Counted from the stretch's first letter, positions 1 through 14,635 are shown. The stretch: 64,000 bases of DNA from Schmidtea polychroa (GCA_044892525.1 CM097885.1:28894001-28958000); one strand, 5' to 3'. Notes: a model not told the origin generated them from the sequence alone. Made by a program: numbers and translations.

Positions 1-3000
1 ATTATAATATTATAATTTTATGTATTCTAAATTTATTAATAAATACAGTATAATTTTATATAATATTATAATATTATGTACACTTATATATCCTTCATTT
101 AATTTTTTAAATTCAAAATTTATAATGAAGATTCTTTGAATTAAAAAATATTCTGTTAGTATTTCCAGGCAGTAAACAACGAATTCAATAATTAAAATCT
201 TAATTTTCATGTTGTTAGGGTTATGGCCAGAATTTAATCGCCATCTAATCGTTTGTTCTCAATTTCGCTCATTTTTGTTCAAAACATTCAGGTGAGTTGT
301 TATCTGGAAAGTTTCTTTGAGCTCAGTTTTGTTAAAACACTCACGGTATTTTTGAGGGACGTGACACTGGGAATAAATTAACAATGGGTGGTCTTGCATA
401 CATGTTGTTGGTTTGAACTGTTGATTTATTTTAGAAATATGTATATTAAAAACATTTAAGGTATCATTCAGTAAAATAATATAGTATTTTTGAGTATTTT
501 TAGTTGATTTATAAATAACAGTATTTTGATATATCAATAAAGACCATATACTCCTAGTTTATCCGACAAAATATTCTGTCCCCCTATGGGTATTGCTAGC
601 AAGGGTACTGGTCACATTCAACATGTCGCAATATTAATCATTTAGAAATTCTTAGGTAATTTAGTGAGATGATCAGAAATTCGTGAATATTTTAAATGTA
701 ACTTTACACTTATGTCGAGCGACTAATTTATTGGTTAACTTTGTAGTCATTTAAAGCAAAAATTAATTTATTCATCTAATGTTCGTTACAATAGTTAATA
801 ATATGAGAAAAACATGGTCATTATTCATTGATAATTTTAAATTCTTTATCATTTGGAGTAAATTTGTTTGAGGCAAAAATAATTAAAGGAGTCATAATAG
901 AAATATGGTTATCATTTATCCAATTAAGGTGCTTATTAGTTAAAAATATATATTATAAAGTAACAATTCTTTTCTAATTTAATTAGATGATCATTAGACG
1001 TAATATATCTTTGCGAGAAATTTAAGATGTTTGAGTAACCAAAACATTGATATTTTGGGTCATCAATTTATGAATAGTGCTTAATTTTCTCATTTTTAGT
1101 GATTTAAAATAATATTTAGCAAAGGTAATTTGGCAAAATATCACTTATCCATCCGATAACAATATTCCTTCAATAGATATTCAACCGATTTAATTTCTAA
1201 TTAAAATCATAAAATTCCTTCAATAAAGATCAATTTTCTTTAGCCGTTGTCGATTTCCAACTTTTAAGTCAATATTTCTCAAGTTTTGTCACTGATGTCC
1301 CCACAATGAATAAAATAACTTCTTAAGTAAAATAATTTAAAGCAATAACCTTTGATATCAATCCCAATTAATTCTAAAGATTTCAAATATTTCATTGTGA
1401 AAACCAAGTAAATTGATCATTAACCCTAAACGACTTAATAAAACAGTGGATAATTAATATAAAACTGGTTCTAAAACATAAATCTAAATTACTGTGCAAT
1501 AACATTCATCACAACCTAATAAACCTCTAAAACGATATAATTTCACAGGAACTATTATTAATTCATAGCTAAATACTGACTATTTCCCTTTAAAATTTAC
1601 CAATAAGAACATTGTCGATTTAAATAGAGATTTTAAACATTTCCACCAAATATTTCTATCATTTTAATCACCTTAAAAATCATATATTACCATCTTAACC
1701 AACCGACTTTAATATATCAGACCTTTAATATATCAATTCTCTTAAAATCCATAGAAAATTCTTCAAAATATGAATTTTATTTATTTGTTACAGACATCCT
1801 TCCATTGAAATAATTTAGTATCTAAATTCAAAGAGTCCACTAAAAGATCAAAATTTACTAAAATCAATATTTTCTACAAATATTTCACCACATTTACCAT
1901 CAAATACCTAACTAGAAATGAAATATATCGATTGATCATAATTCTTCATCGATTCAGCTAATTATATAGCAATTATAACGTGATATATCTTTCAAAATCA
2001 CAAATTTCAGTATATTTTACAATAATTTTTACAAAAATTAAATAATAATAACTTGATTATTGTAAAAACTCTAATTATTAACCTAACTGTCATTAAAAAT
2101 ATTATTATTTAAAAGTAAATTTAAAAACAAGTCAATAAAATATAGCAAATTATCAAGAAATTAATTAAATTTGTCTTAGAATTAACACTAAAACGTTAAA
2201 TTTCAAAATATTCTTTCAATTATTCACAAAAAGGTTAGTATTAATGTTAGTAAAATCCCGCTAACTCTAAAAAATTACCAACGAATTTAATGCTAAATAA
2301 TAACCAAAAATTTGCCTAAATAAAACACACCAGTACCTTTACGACCAGTACCCTTACGAGCAGTACCAATTGTGAGCAGTACCCATAGAGGGAGAAAATA
2401 TCTTGTCGGATAAACTCAGAGTATATATAATAAAACGAATTAACAATAACTCCATCAAATTGAATCAGTCAAATTAACACAAATTTTGATAAAAAATCTT
2501 ATTCTAAAATGGTAAGAAGCGTAAAGTCGAAAGATAATTTTAATAACACCGAGATAAATTAACAATATTATTCTCAGGTGGTAAGAATCTTCATTAAAGT
2601 TAGGAAATTATAAGAACTACCAATTGCTATAAAATATTTAAACGAATATAGTTTTGTTGTTTTATAACTTTTGGTTATATTTGAGTGAGTTTTCGAGTAT
2701 ACCTTTTAACTTTCAGTGCTCATTTTCATTAAAAAGAGTAATGTATCTTAAATTATCTTTTGGAATATTTGTTTTTGAAATATTTAGTGTAAAATAGTAA
2801 ATTTAATAATAAATTGTTAATATTAAAGGACTTAATCAAAATTTAAAATCGGAATTTATCATAATTACTCTGTCAAATACAATTCACGGTTTCTTATGTA
2901 ATAAAATAATCATTTGGGGATTAAATACTTTATTAAATAAAAGTTTATCACATTATTAAAATATTTTAATTCGTTAGTAGCTCATATAATAGAAATAATT

Positions 3001-5915
3001 TTATATATCCTCATCACTTATAGCCGCCGACTCTCGATTTCCCACTAATTATTATCATTTATATTCTCCTGGCAAATATTTCTTTTAAAATTGTATTAAA
3101 TATTTTTTATTAAAGTGAACGTTTTTTATGAATTTATATGAAATTTATGAATTTTATGAAATAATTTTAAATAAATACAATTAATATATATCCATGCCAC
3201 TTCTCAGTAAATTTTCATTAACCTTCCATAATCCAATAATGAATTATTCTAACACTTATTTTAACCCCTTTGAAGTTTATTATTAATTTATCACAGAATA
3301 ATAAATAATTTCCTAACTTTAATGAAGATTCTTACCACCTGAGAATAATATTGTTAATTTATCTCGGTGTTATTAAAATTATCTTTCGACTTTACGCTTC
3401 TTACCATTTTAGAATAAGATTTTTTATCAAAATTTGTGTTAATTTGACTGATTCAATTTGATGGAGTTATTGTTAATTCGTTTTATTATATATACTCTGA
3501 GTTTATCCGACAAGATATTTTCTCCCTCTATGGGTACTGCTCACAATTGGTACTGCTCGTAAGGGTACTGGTCGTAAAGGTACTGGTGTGTTTTATTTAG
3601 GCAAATTTTTGGTTATTATTTAGCATTAAATTCGTTGGTAATTTTTTAGAGTTAGCGGGATTTTACTAACATTAATACTAACCTTTTTGTGAATAATTGA
3701 AAGAATATTTTGAAATTTAACGTTTTAGTGTTAATTCTAAGACAAATTTAATTAATTTCTTGATAATTTGCTATATTTTATTGACTTGTTTTTAAATTTA
3801 CTTTTAAATAATAATATTTTTAATGACAGTTAGGTTAATAATTAGAGTTTTTACAATAATCAAGTTATTATTATTTAATTTTTGTAAAAATTATTGTAAA
3901 ATATACTGAAATTTGTGATTTTGAAAGATATATCACGTTATAATTGCTATATAATTAGCTGAATCGATGAAGAATTATGATCAATCGATATATTTCATTT
4001 CTAGTTAGGTATTTGATGGTAAATGTGGTGAAATATTTGTAGAAAATATTGATTTTAGTAAATTTTGATCTTTTAGTGGACTCTTTGAATTTAGATACTA
4101 AATTATTTCAATGGAAGGATGTCTGTAACAAATAAATAAAATTCATATTTTGAAGAATTTTCTATGGATTTTAAGAGAATTGATATATTAAAGGTCTGAT
4201 ATATTAAAGTCGGTTGGTTAAGATGGTAATATATGATTTTTAAGGTGATTAAAATGATAGAAATATTTGGTGGAAATGTTTAAAATCTCTATTTAAATCG
4301 ACAATGTTCTTATTGGTAAATTTTAAAGGGAAATAGTCAGTATTTAGCTATGAATTAATAATAGTTCCTGTGAAATTATATCGTTTTAGAGGTTTATTAG
4401 GTTGTGATGAATGTTATTGCACAGTAATTTAGATTTATGTTTTAGAACCAGTTTTATATTAATTATCCACTGTTTTATTAAGTCGTTTAGGGTTAATGAT
4501 CAATTTACTTGGTTTTCACAATGAAATATTTGAAATCTTTAGAATTAATTGGGATTGATATCAAAGGTTATTGCTTTAAATTATTTTACTTAAGAAGTTA
4601 TTTTATTCATTGTGGGGACATCAGTGACAAAACTTGAGAAATATTGACTTAAAAGTTGGAAATCGACAACGGCTAAAGAAAATTGATCTTTATTGAAGGA
4701 ATTTTATGATTTTAATTAGAAATTAAATCGGTTGAATATCTATTGAAGGAATATTGTTATCGGATGGATAAGTGATATTTTGCCAAATTACCTTTGCTAA
4801 ATATTATTTTAAATCACTAAAAATGAGAAAATTAAGCACTATTCATAAATTGATGACCCAAAATATCAATGTTTTGGTTACTCAAACATCTTAAATTTCT
4901 CGCAAAGATATATTACGTCTAATGATCATCTAATTAAATTAGAAAAGAATTGTTACTTTATAATATATATTTTTAACTAATAAGCACCTTAATTGGATAA
5001 ATGATAACCATATTTCTATTATGACTCCTTTAATTATTTTTGCCTCAAACAAATTTACTCCAAATGATAAAGAATTTAAAATTATCAATGAATAATGACC
5101 ATGTTTTTCTCATATTATTAACTATTGTAACGAACATTAGATGAATAAATTAATTTTTGCTTTAAATGACTACAAAGTTAACCAATAAATTAGTCGCTCG
5201 ACATAAGTGTAAAGTTACATTTAAAATATTCACGAATTTCTGATCATCTCACTAAATTACCTAAGAATTTCTAAATGATTAATATTGCGACATGTTGAAT
5301 GTGACCAGTACCCTTGCTAGCAATACCCATAGGGGGACAGAATATTTTGTCGGATAAACTAGGAGTATATGGTCTTTATTGATATATCAAAATACTGTTA
5401 TTTATAAATCAACTAAAAATACTCAAAAACACTATATTATTTTACTGAATGATACCTTAAATGTTTTTAATATACATATTTCTAAAATAAATCAACAGTT
5501 CAAACCAACAACATGTATGCAAGACCACCCATTGTTAATTTATTCCCAGTGTCACGTCCCTCAAAAATACCGTGAGTGTTTTAACAAAACTGAGCTCAAA
5601 GAAACTTTCCAGATAACAACTCACCTGAATGTTTTGAACAAAAATGAGCGAAATTGAGAACAAACGATTAGATGGCGATTAAATTCTGGCCATAACCCTA
5701 ACAACATGAAAATTAAGATTTTAATTATTGAATTCGTTGTTTACTGCCTGGAAATACTAACAGAATATTTTTTAATTCAAAGAATCTTCATTATAAATTT
5801 TGAATTTAAAAAATTAAATGAAGGATATATAAGTGTACATAATATTATAATATTATATAAAATTATACTGTATTTATTAATAAATTTAGAATACATAAAA
5901 TTATAATATTATAAT
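1..5915. repeat. Giant inverted repeat: arms 1-2611 and 3305-5915 with a 693-bp spacer (left arm may extend beyond the window)
   Basis: Position n pairs with 5916-n. Mirrored ORFs 10..210/5706..5906 and 259..537/5379..5657 differ by one residue (KYY vs KHY). Complementarity stops at 2611/3305. Confidence 0.95.
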
Positions 5916-6130
5916 ATTTTATAAATACTATATAATAATGTTAATGTTTAAATATGCTTAAATAACTAAATTGTTTAAATATGATTAAATACTAAATTTA
6001 AATTATTAAAATTTAAATTAATTAAATATAATTATGATATAACTTTATTTCTTTCGTTTTAGTATCCATAAAGTAAGTAAATAAAGAATTTACTACAATA
6101 TTTTAATTATTTTACTTAGTAATGAAGAAA

Positions 6131-6372
6131 ATGAATTATATGATTATGAAGAAGATGAACAAAATGGTGAAACACTAAAAGACTTATGTTCTGGATTTAG
6201 AGATTTCTTATTAAAACATGAATTATAGAAGAAAATGAACCAGACAAAATGGTGAAACACTAAAGGAGTTATAGTTTTTAGATTTAGAGATTTCTTATTA
6301 AAACATGAATTATATGATTATGAGGAAGATGAACTAAATGGTGAAACACTAAAGGAGTTATGTTCTGGATTT
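6131..6372 (+). repeat. Three ~87-bp tandem copies of an acidic coding-like unit (YDYEEDEQNGETLKDLCSGFRDFLLKHEL); possibly a decayed exon
   Basis: Units begin atgaattata at 6131, 6218 and 6305. Short GT..AG intron-like segments flank them. Frames are disrupted. Confidence 0.6.
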
Positions 6373-6994
6373 TTTAAATGAATTAGCTGATTGTAGGTGT
6401 CCTTCAACATGAATTATCAGACTTAAATTATGTAAACTTTCAACGAATGTCAAGAAAAATGGGAAAACCGATGTTTTAACAATTAGATATTGTAAAGTAC
6501 TACCTGAAGAATATTATTATTAATGTAAGACATGAATTAATTCTTTAAAATAAATATATTATATTTAGGTATCTGTGTTTTATGGTGGGAAATGTCATTG
6601 AAAAAGTATACCACAAATAACAGTTGCCTAATTTATCAAGCCTGTGACGATAAAATGCTAGATAATGTAAGTTAATTGCTTTTAAATCAATATAAATTTT
6701 AGCAATGATAGTTGACACCGCATCAGAAACTAAGAAATATGTCCAATTTGCAAAATGTATTCCAAATGGCCTGATGGAGATGATAATTTTGAGATAGATT
6801 ACCAGCAGAAGAGCGAGAAAAATTTGTAAATTAAATATAATAGGGTTGGGTGGGTCCTCTTTATCCCTTAATTAATATATATTTACAAGCTGATCGTCGT
6901 GGTGGGCGGTTGTAATCTAACTAGTGGGAGGCCTCTGTAAATATATATTTGTGTTAGTGAAAACATTAATTAATTTGGTTATAGTGCCAATGAC

Positions 6995-7208
6995 GCATGT
7001 ATTTTGAAATTATACGTTTCGAATGTGCTGGTAGTTGACTACCCATGCTAGGCGTAATGTTCCGTACGGAAAGCTATAATGCCCAGGTTCTTCTGACCCC
7101 ACTTGAGGGAGGCACAGACGACCCTTGTGGACGCGAACAAATATCCACCGTGTCTTTCAGGCACAGATATTTGGTCACTGCTCATTAGGCCTGGCAATAC
7201 TAAATGCA
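6995..7208. ncRNA. Candidate structured RNA or structured DNA island inside putative element B
   Basis: Markedly more GC-rich than its surroundings, with no ORF. Stems seen by eye: GCAT.GTATT/AATAC..ATGC (closing), GGTAG-ttga-CTACC, TTCCGTACGGAA, TGCCCAGG/CCTGGCA, CAAATATC..GTGTCT-ttc-AGGCAC..GATATTTG. Confidence 0.3.
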
Positions 7209-7539
7209 TAAACTTTGCCTTGTCCTCTCTTGTCTTGATTTTTATCGTTTAAATATTATTAAAAATAGTAGGTGTTATAAGTTTTATTTACTAACCTTAA
7301 TAAACCATAATATGCTTTAAACTCGAAAACCCTTGCGACATGTTGAGTGTGAGTAGTACCTTTGTGAGCAATACCCATAGGGGGACAGAATATTTTGTCG
7401 GATAAACTCTGACTATATACACCCATGTTAAACAAGGTATGTGTATATGGAATGTATGTATAAAATTATTGTCAACTTCCCGTGAAGGCAAACACAGAAT
7501 ATTGCAAACATATAATAATTCTCTACCCCATAACTTAGT

Positions 7540-7570
7540 GTGTAAAAATTATTTTAGGTTTTTGACTAAT

Positions 7571-7630
<60 letters not shown>

Positions 7631-7955
7631 GTTTAATGGGTTGTATATGTGTGTAAAAAATATTTGAGGTGTTCACGAATATTGATAATAATAATGGTTT
7701 ATGAGTGTTTTTATGTTTTTGACTAATATTTGCAATAATAATAATGGTTAATGGGTTGTGTGTGTGTGTGTGTAGAAAATATTTTAGGTTTTTTGATAAT
7801 AATAATAACTCCCGCGCGTATTACTTTGAAATAATAAGGTATGTGTATATAGAATGTGTGTGGGGACAGAATATCTTGTCAGATAAACTCTGACTATATA
7901 TAATAATAATCATAATAATAATAACATCTTTCGCGCAGGTGTTAATATCTTTACC

Positions 7956-8043
<88 letters not shown>

Positions 8044-8989
8044 TCTTTACCAATTATAATAATAATAATAATAAGTTTAATGGGTTGTGTGAGTGTGTGT
8101 AAAAATATTTTAGGTTTTCACTAATATTGATAATAATAATGGTTAATGAGTTGTGTGTGTGTAAAAATATTTTAGGTTTTTAATATTGATAATAATAATA
8201 ATAATGGTTAATGGGTTGTGTGTGTGTAAAAAATATTTTATGTTTTCACTAATAATGATAATAATAATGGTTAATGGGTTGTGTGTGTGTGTGTGTGTGT
8301 AGAAAATATTTTAGGTTTTCACTAATATTGATAATAATAATTGTTAGTGGGTTGTGTGAGTGTAAATAATATTTTAGGTTTTTGACTAATATTTGCAATA
8401 ATAATAATAATAATAATTGTTAGTGGGTTGTGTGAGTGTGTGTAAAAATATTTTAGGTTTTTAATATTGATAATAATAATAATAATGGTTAATGGGTTGT
8501 GTGTGTGTGTAAAAAATATTTTATGTTTTCACTAATAATGATAATAATAATGGTTAATGAGTTGTGCATGTGTGTGTGTGTAGAAAATATTTTAGGTTTT
8601 TAATATTGATAATAATAATAATGGTTGAGGGGTTGTGTGTGTGTGTAGAAAATATTTTAGGTTTTCACTAATATTGATAATAATAATTGTTAATGGGTTG
8701 TGTGTGTGTAAAAAATATTTGAGGTTTTCACGAATATTGATAATAATAATGGTTTATGAGTGTTTTTATGTTTTTGACTAATATTTGCAATAATAATAAT
8801 GGTTAATGGGTTGTGTGTGTGTGTGTGTAAAAAATATTTTAGGTTTTCACTAATAATGATAATAATAATGGTTAATGAGTTGTGCATGTGTGTGTGTGTG
8901 TAGAAAATATTTTAGGTTTTTAATATTGATAATAATAATAATGGTTGAAGGGTTGTGTGTGTAAACCATATTTTAGATTTTTCATTAAC

Positions 8990-9040
<51 letters not shown>
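7540..9040. repeat. Compound satellite of ~60-bp units ((AAT)n-ggttaatgggttg-(TG)n-taaaaatattttaggtttt) with long (AAT)n tracts
   Basis: Many recurring copies seen directly. Confidence 0.95.
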
Positions 9041-9043
<3 letters not shown>

Positions 9044-9396
9044 TCCCGCGCGTGTTAATACTTTAAAAGAAAATATTGAAAATTTAAAAAATAATAATAT
9101 TTATGCAAAGCATGTGCAATAATTATGTCTTTGTTAATTAAGTAAACTTTAGTGTCAAAATAAGTTTTTAAAATATTTTTAAATTTAAAATACCGCAACT
9201 TAATATATTTTTGTTCTACCCCTTCATTGATTTAAGTTGGTCAGAATTTAATAATAATTATATTATACCCTTTGAGACATGTTGAATGTGAGTAGTACAC
9301 CTTTGACCATTACCCATATGAGCAATACCCATAAAGGGATAGAATATTTTGTCGGATAGATTAAGAGTATATATGATAATAATATTCCCCGTGCGC

Positions 9397-9474
<78 letters not shown>

Positions 9475-9479
9475 TGAAC

Positions 9480-9625
9480 TTGTATTTGAAATAATAATAA
9501 TAATAATTTACGACATGTTGAGTGTGACCAGTACCCTTGTGACTTGTTGAATGTGAGTAGTACATTTGTGAGCAGTACCCATAGGGGGACAGAATATTTT
9601 GTCGGATAGACTCGGTGTATATATG

Positions 9626-9682
<57 letters not shown>

Positions 9683-10780
9683 CTTAGAAAATAATAATAT
9701 GTAATCAACGATTTAAACAAAATTATATTATTACGTATTCTATAATTAAAACAAAAGAATTATATAATCAATGATTTAAACAAAATTATATAATCATCGA
9801 TAATTAAAACAAAATTATTAATTCTAAAAATATTAGGCATCGTTCTAAAAGTATGATGTAATCATTCTAAAAATATTTGGCATCGTTCTAAAAATATTTG
9901 GCTTCGTTCTAAAAGTATGACGTAATCGTTCTAAAAATATTAGGCATCGTTCTAAAAGTATTACGTAATCATTCTAAAAATATTAGGCATCGTTCTAAAA
10001 TTATGATGTAATCGTTCTAAAAATATTAGGCATCGTTCTAAAAATATTAGGCATCGTTCTAAAAGTATGACGTAATCGTTCTAAAAATATTAGGCATCGT
10101 TCTAAAAATATGACGTAATCATTCTAAAAATATTAGGCATCGTTCTAAAAATATTAGGCATCATTCTAAAATATTAGACATCATTCTAAAAATGTGATGA
10201 GTCATTGTCTTTGTTCTAAAAATGTGATGAGTCATCGTATGATAAAAAATCTATATCTCATTAGAAAGTTCTTGCACAGAGCTTTAAAATAAGCTATCGA
10301 TCAATATAATATGTTGGCGGGAACAATAATTTTTGGGATGAAAAAAAGTAGGTCCCCGCTGGATCACTTAATAATATTTTGAAAAATAATAATAATTTAA
10401 CGTTGAAAAGATGGTGGTCATCAATTGTTAATAACATTAAAACTATTAAAGATATATAAGATACCTATAGCTCATTCGAAAGGTCTTGGACTGAGCTTGA
10501 AGATGAGGTATCGGTTAATAAAATTTGTTGGCGGGAACATTACTTTTGGGAAGAAAAAAAGTAGGTCCCCGCTGGATCACTTAATTTAAAAAAAATTACG
10601 TAATAGTTCTAAAAATATTAGGCATCGTTCTAAAAATATTAGGCATTGATTACGTAATAGTTCTAAAAATATTAGGCATCGTTCTAAAAAAAAAAATAAA
10701 ATTTTTTCCCGGGGGGGGGGGGGGAGGGGGTATATGTGATCTGGAGGGGACATGGTCTGGGGAGCTCACATCCTACTACT
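9480..10780. mobile_element. Right terminal inverted repeat of Polinton element B (left end not seen in the window)
   Basis: Near-copy of element A right TIR: 21/22-bp arrays, GGCGGGAAC modules, poly-G tract. Ends CTACTACT at 10780, followed by GATCTG (predicted TSD). Confidence 0.85.
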
Positions 10781-11159
10781 GATCTGTGGTCTTTTTCATG
10801 TTCTATAAAATTATAATTTAAAGTCATATTCCTATTACGAATATTATCATTCCAAATCTGATTTTGTTTTTCTATATTTTTCAAATCGTTATAATATCGA
10901 TCCATTTTTAAATGATTTTTTCACATATAGCTTTCCTATTAGTATCCAAAGCAACATTATATCTTGTATTCCAATGATTTCTTAATCTATCAAAGTCTGG
11001 TTTTTCCATTGAGGTAGAAAATAAATCATGCTTTTACGCAAATCTGAGCTCTTTATATCTTTAGGGATTTCATCTTGATTTTTAAATATATTTAATATTG
11101 TTTGTTATGTTAGACTATTTTTAAAACCATGATATAATAATTGAAATTCTGGTTGAAAT

Positions 11160-11282
11160 ATTGTTTTATTAAAAATTATTAAATTATTATAATCTAAAAA
11201 CTTGGGGCATAATAACATTTTCAAAAGTAAAACACTTTTACCACAGCCACCAGAAGCTCCAACAATCAACATTCTAAATGAA
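11160..11282 (-). pseudogene. Packaging ATPase fragment of an older decayed Polinton
   Basis: Minus strand reads FRMLIVGASGGCGKSVLLLKMLLCPKFLDYNNLIIF, a Walker A region of an A32-like ATPase. Confidence 0.7.
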
Positions 11283-11741
11283 TTTAGTAATATGATTAAA
11301 TATAATTAAATTCATTGTAATTAAAGTTTGTTAAGTTATTATTCCAAACAGGTAATATTTCAGACATTTTTAGGATTTAAAAATATACCATGACCATTTG
11401 AACATATTTCAACATTTTCTCGTTTCCTTCGTTTTTCAAAATATTTTATCATCAGAAATCTCACGTAAATATTTTATAGTACTTTTTAGTTGATCTTTGT
11501 TTAATATTAAACCTTTTCCATCATATGGTTCAAGAAATATTCCAGAACCAGGAACTGTGCCGGTGTTTAAGAATCTATAAATTTTGTTTCTGCTGTAATT
11601 TAAGCTCGGGATTCATCAGCTAATTGGGATTCTTTAATATTTTTAAAAGCATTGATTATTCTTGTAGTTGCTCCCGTTGCTGCTGTTATACCTTCAAAGG
11701 TTAATGATAATAAAGCTGATAACAGAAGAATTCCTCCTTCA

Positions 11742-11939
11742 TTATAATTTATTAGGAAATATATTTGACGATTCAATCAAGTTTTCAAATGCGTCTTTAA
11801 TTAATTCTTCTTTCTTGTTTAATAATGGAATAGCCCAAGTATATCTAGTATACAAATCAATGATTGTTAGGATATATTTATAATTTTCATTATTTTTCGA
11901 ATTTACTGTTTCAATTAAATCTGCTGAGCAAATATCCAA
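11742..11939 (-). pseudogene. Polinton rve integrase fragment (older decayed element)
   Basis: SADL...NYKYILTIIDLYTRYTWAIPL parallels QMDL...GYKYILTCIDVFSRFARAIPV of the element A integrase. Confidence 0.85.
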
Positions 11940-12157
11940 TCAGCCTTGTAAAAACCTTTAATTTTAAAATATTTTTATTATTTCTATATACTTTGTGTAA
12001 TTGACTTGTTAAAACTTAGATTCACATCATTATCGATTTTACCACTTATGGCTGTTTTTGCAACTGATTTTGAAAATTTTGCTGCGAATGTAGGGTCCTG
12101 AATTTCATTAAGGTCTTGAATTAAATCAATGTCAGCTTTTTGTCGAGATCTTATATC

Positions 12158-12418
12158 TTAAGCATGGTATGCAATATCATGTTTTAAAGCTGCTTGATCA
12201 ACACTATTTATTGGTTCTTCGCCTGGTTTTGGAATATTATTTTCATCGTGTTTCCCTTTGTATTTAGCCCATCGAAAATCCGGAAGTTTAGAACTTGCTT
12301 GTTGCAGATCACTACCGAATTTTGTTTGTTGTATTTTAGTTTTTTTATGTTTTGGTTTGTGAGATTTTGAAATATATTTATTACAAGTTTCACAATAATA
12401 TTTTGGACGTTTATTCAT
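12158..12418 (-). pseudogene. Parvovirus VP1u-type phospholipase A2 fragment with an N-terminal CxxC motif
   Basis: PGEEPINSVDQAALKHDIAY matches the parvoviral PLA2 catalytic helix (P.N.VD.AA..HD.AY). The Ca-binding YxGPG loop is not seen. Confidence 0.75.
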
Positions 12419-14218
12419 TTTTATAATTAAAAATATTAAAAATAATAAACTGTAAAATTGCTCTGAAAGGACAGAGTGTTTTGTTTGTTTGTTTTTTTAT
12501 ACCACTGTCCACCCTGCAGTTTTATTTATTTATTTTTTATTTTTTTTGTTTTTTTATGATCCAGATTATCTTTTTTTAATTTTAACCTCTTTCGTTTATT
12601 GAATTAATTTTAATATACAAGGTGACCAGTCTCATACATCAGAATCAATTCAATACTTGTAATGAGGATTATTAACACTTCTCGTTCTCAAAGCCAATTT
12701 CAACGATGTTTTAAGCGCATTAACAAAAGACCGAAAGTTTCGAAGAGGATTCGAAAGAGCTCCGAAAAAATTCAAACAATTCAGGGATCGATCCCGGGTC
12801 TGTTGGAAAGACTTGTGGCGATGCTTCCCGGTTCACCATCATACCCGATTCAATAAATTATTTTTTCTAAAATTTTTATTTTTATGGAATTACAAATAAT
12901 ATTTTTCTTACAAAAATTTTTTGTTTAGAGAAGTAGTAAAAACGCATAATGAAGCCCGATCCTGAGTAATCTCACTTCTTGATGGTCGTTCGATTGTTCA
13001 GGATCGGGCTTCTTTAAGCCTTTTTACTACAACCGTTATTATGATGTTTCAATGATTTCCTGTGTTAATATTATTAATATTATGAGACTAATAAAGGTTT
13101 ATGGAGTTCAATTAAGAATATAAATCAAATATCATTAAATAATAAAACATAAACCATTAAAAACTTCATTTTTTTAATTTTTAAGAAATAATTTTCATAT
13201 ATTAGTATTCATTTTTTAGCCATGATTTTTATAAATGTTTAGATTTTATTTATGAATTTATATGTAGAATTATAATTTTAGTCTTGAATATCATAAAATT
13301 GGTTTATATTTTCTCTAGTGATTTTTTTGTGAATTTTTAATCATTTCCTTTCAGGACTTCCTTTCAAAGAAAGACAAAAAAATGACTGATCACTGTTGAT
13401 TTCTCTGCAGAATTCATCCGTTTTTGTAGAAGGTTTGATATAATTTAAATTCTTTCAATTTTTCATTAATTCTTGCAAAATCCTTTTCTGACATGTTGAC
13501 TTTTTAAAACATTTAATTAAAACAAAATTGAATTTAAAAAATTTCTTAAAAATAAATTAAACCATATGACTGTAAAGAAGAATTATCGGAATGAATAAAA
13601 TGCTGCAAAAACATATTTGTATGACATGCAAGGAAATGTATACTGGGTGGCTTTCTTACAATGTGCAGTGAACAACAGTTTAAAACACTTTAAAATCCAT
13701 TTATTTTTCAAAAGTAAAGATTTTTCATTCCTATATTTTATATTTTAAAAATGTCTTCAAATGTTTTATATTTATTGTGTGTGAAATATTATAATTAATC
13801 ATTTCATTAATCATTTCTATTTGGAAAACAAAATCGACGTTTTTTGCAGGCATGGTAGCAACCTGTTTAGCTGGGGTAGTGGAGTAAAATTTACATTTAT
13901 TATTTAGTGATATCACCGAAAATTGAGAAAGATTGTTTATTTAGTTCGCTGATCCAAAATGATTATTGTGAACGGAATTAAAGTTTTGTAAGTGGTAGTA
14001 ATCAAAAAAGTTCATATAAGTGCGTAATAGTTGAGATCTTTGAATTATTTGAAAATATTTGAAGTACCATCATCTACGAAACGAGAAATTTTTCTTTATT
14101 TAGAATTATTTAAAAGTGTGAAATAGATCAAAATCTTATATTATAGCATTTTTATTTTAAGAACGCGAGCAATCATATCAGAGCGGTGAAACTGTTAATT
14201 TATTCAAATCTTAGAAGG

Positions 14219-14635
14219 TTCCCATGTTATGTTTGTGTTTGTACATTCTTTCCATGTTATATTTGTGTTTGTACATTCTTTCCATGTTATACTTGTGTTT
14301 GTACATTCTTTCCATGTTATGTTTGTGTTTGTACATTATTTCCATGTTATGCTTATGTTTGTACATTATTTCCATGTTATGCTTATGTTTGTACATTCTT
14401 TCCATGTTATACTTGTGTTTGTACATTCTTTCCATGTTATGTTTGTGTTTGTACATTATTTCCATGTTATGCTTATGTTTGTACATTCTTTCCATGTTAT
14501 GTTTGTGTTTGTACATTCTTTCCATGTTATACTTGTGTTTGTACATTATTTCCATGTTATACTTGTGTTTGTACATTCTTTCCATGTTATACTTGGGTTT
14601 GTACATTCTTTCCATGTTATACTTGTGTTTGTACT
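14219..14635. repeat. 30-bp minisatellite (ttccatgttatrYttrtgtttgtacattmt), about 14 copies
   Basis: Direct tandem array. It produces repetitive ORFs in four frames. Confidence 0.95.

Noticed and set aside
10..537. Duplicated 66-aa and 92-aa ORFs as genes
   Set aside because: No recognisable motifs. Their duplication simply reflects the inverted repeat.
5336..5362. Helitron 3' end (hairpin followed by CTAG)
   Set aside because: CTAG follows the box in only a minority of copies, homology continues past it, and no Rep/helicase is present.
7439..9720. Poly-N, poly-I, poly-L and poly-Y ORFs (also 22792-23100 and 26279-26820)
   Set aside because: Translations of (AAT)n microsatellites.
9820..10200. 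Regularly spaced gttctaaaa repeats (also 15290-15720 and 26780-27110) as a CRISPR array
   Set aside because: There are no unique spacers. The units are contiguous 21/22-bp minisatellite variants in eukaryotic Polinton TIRs.
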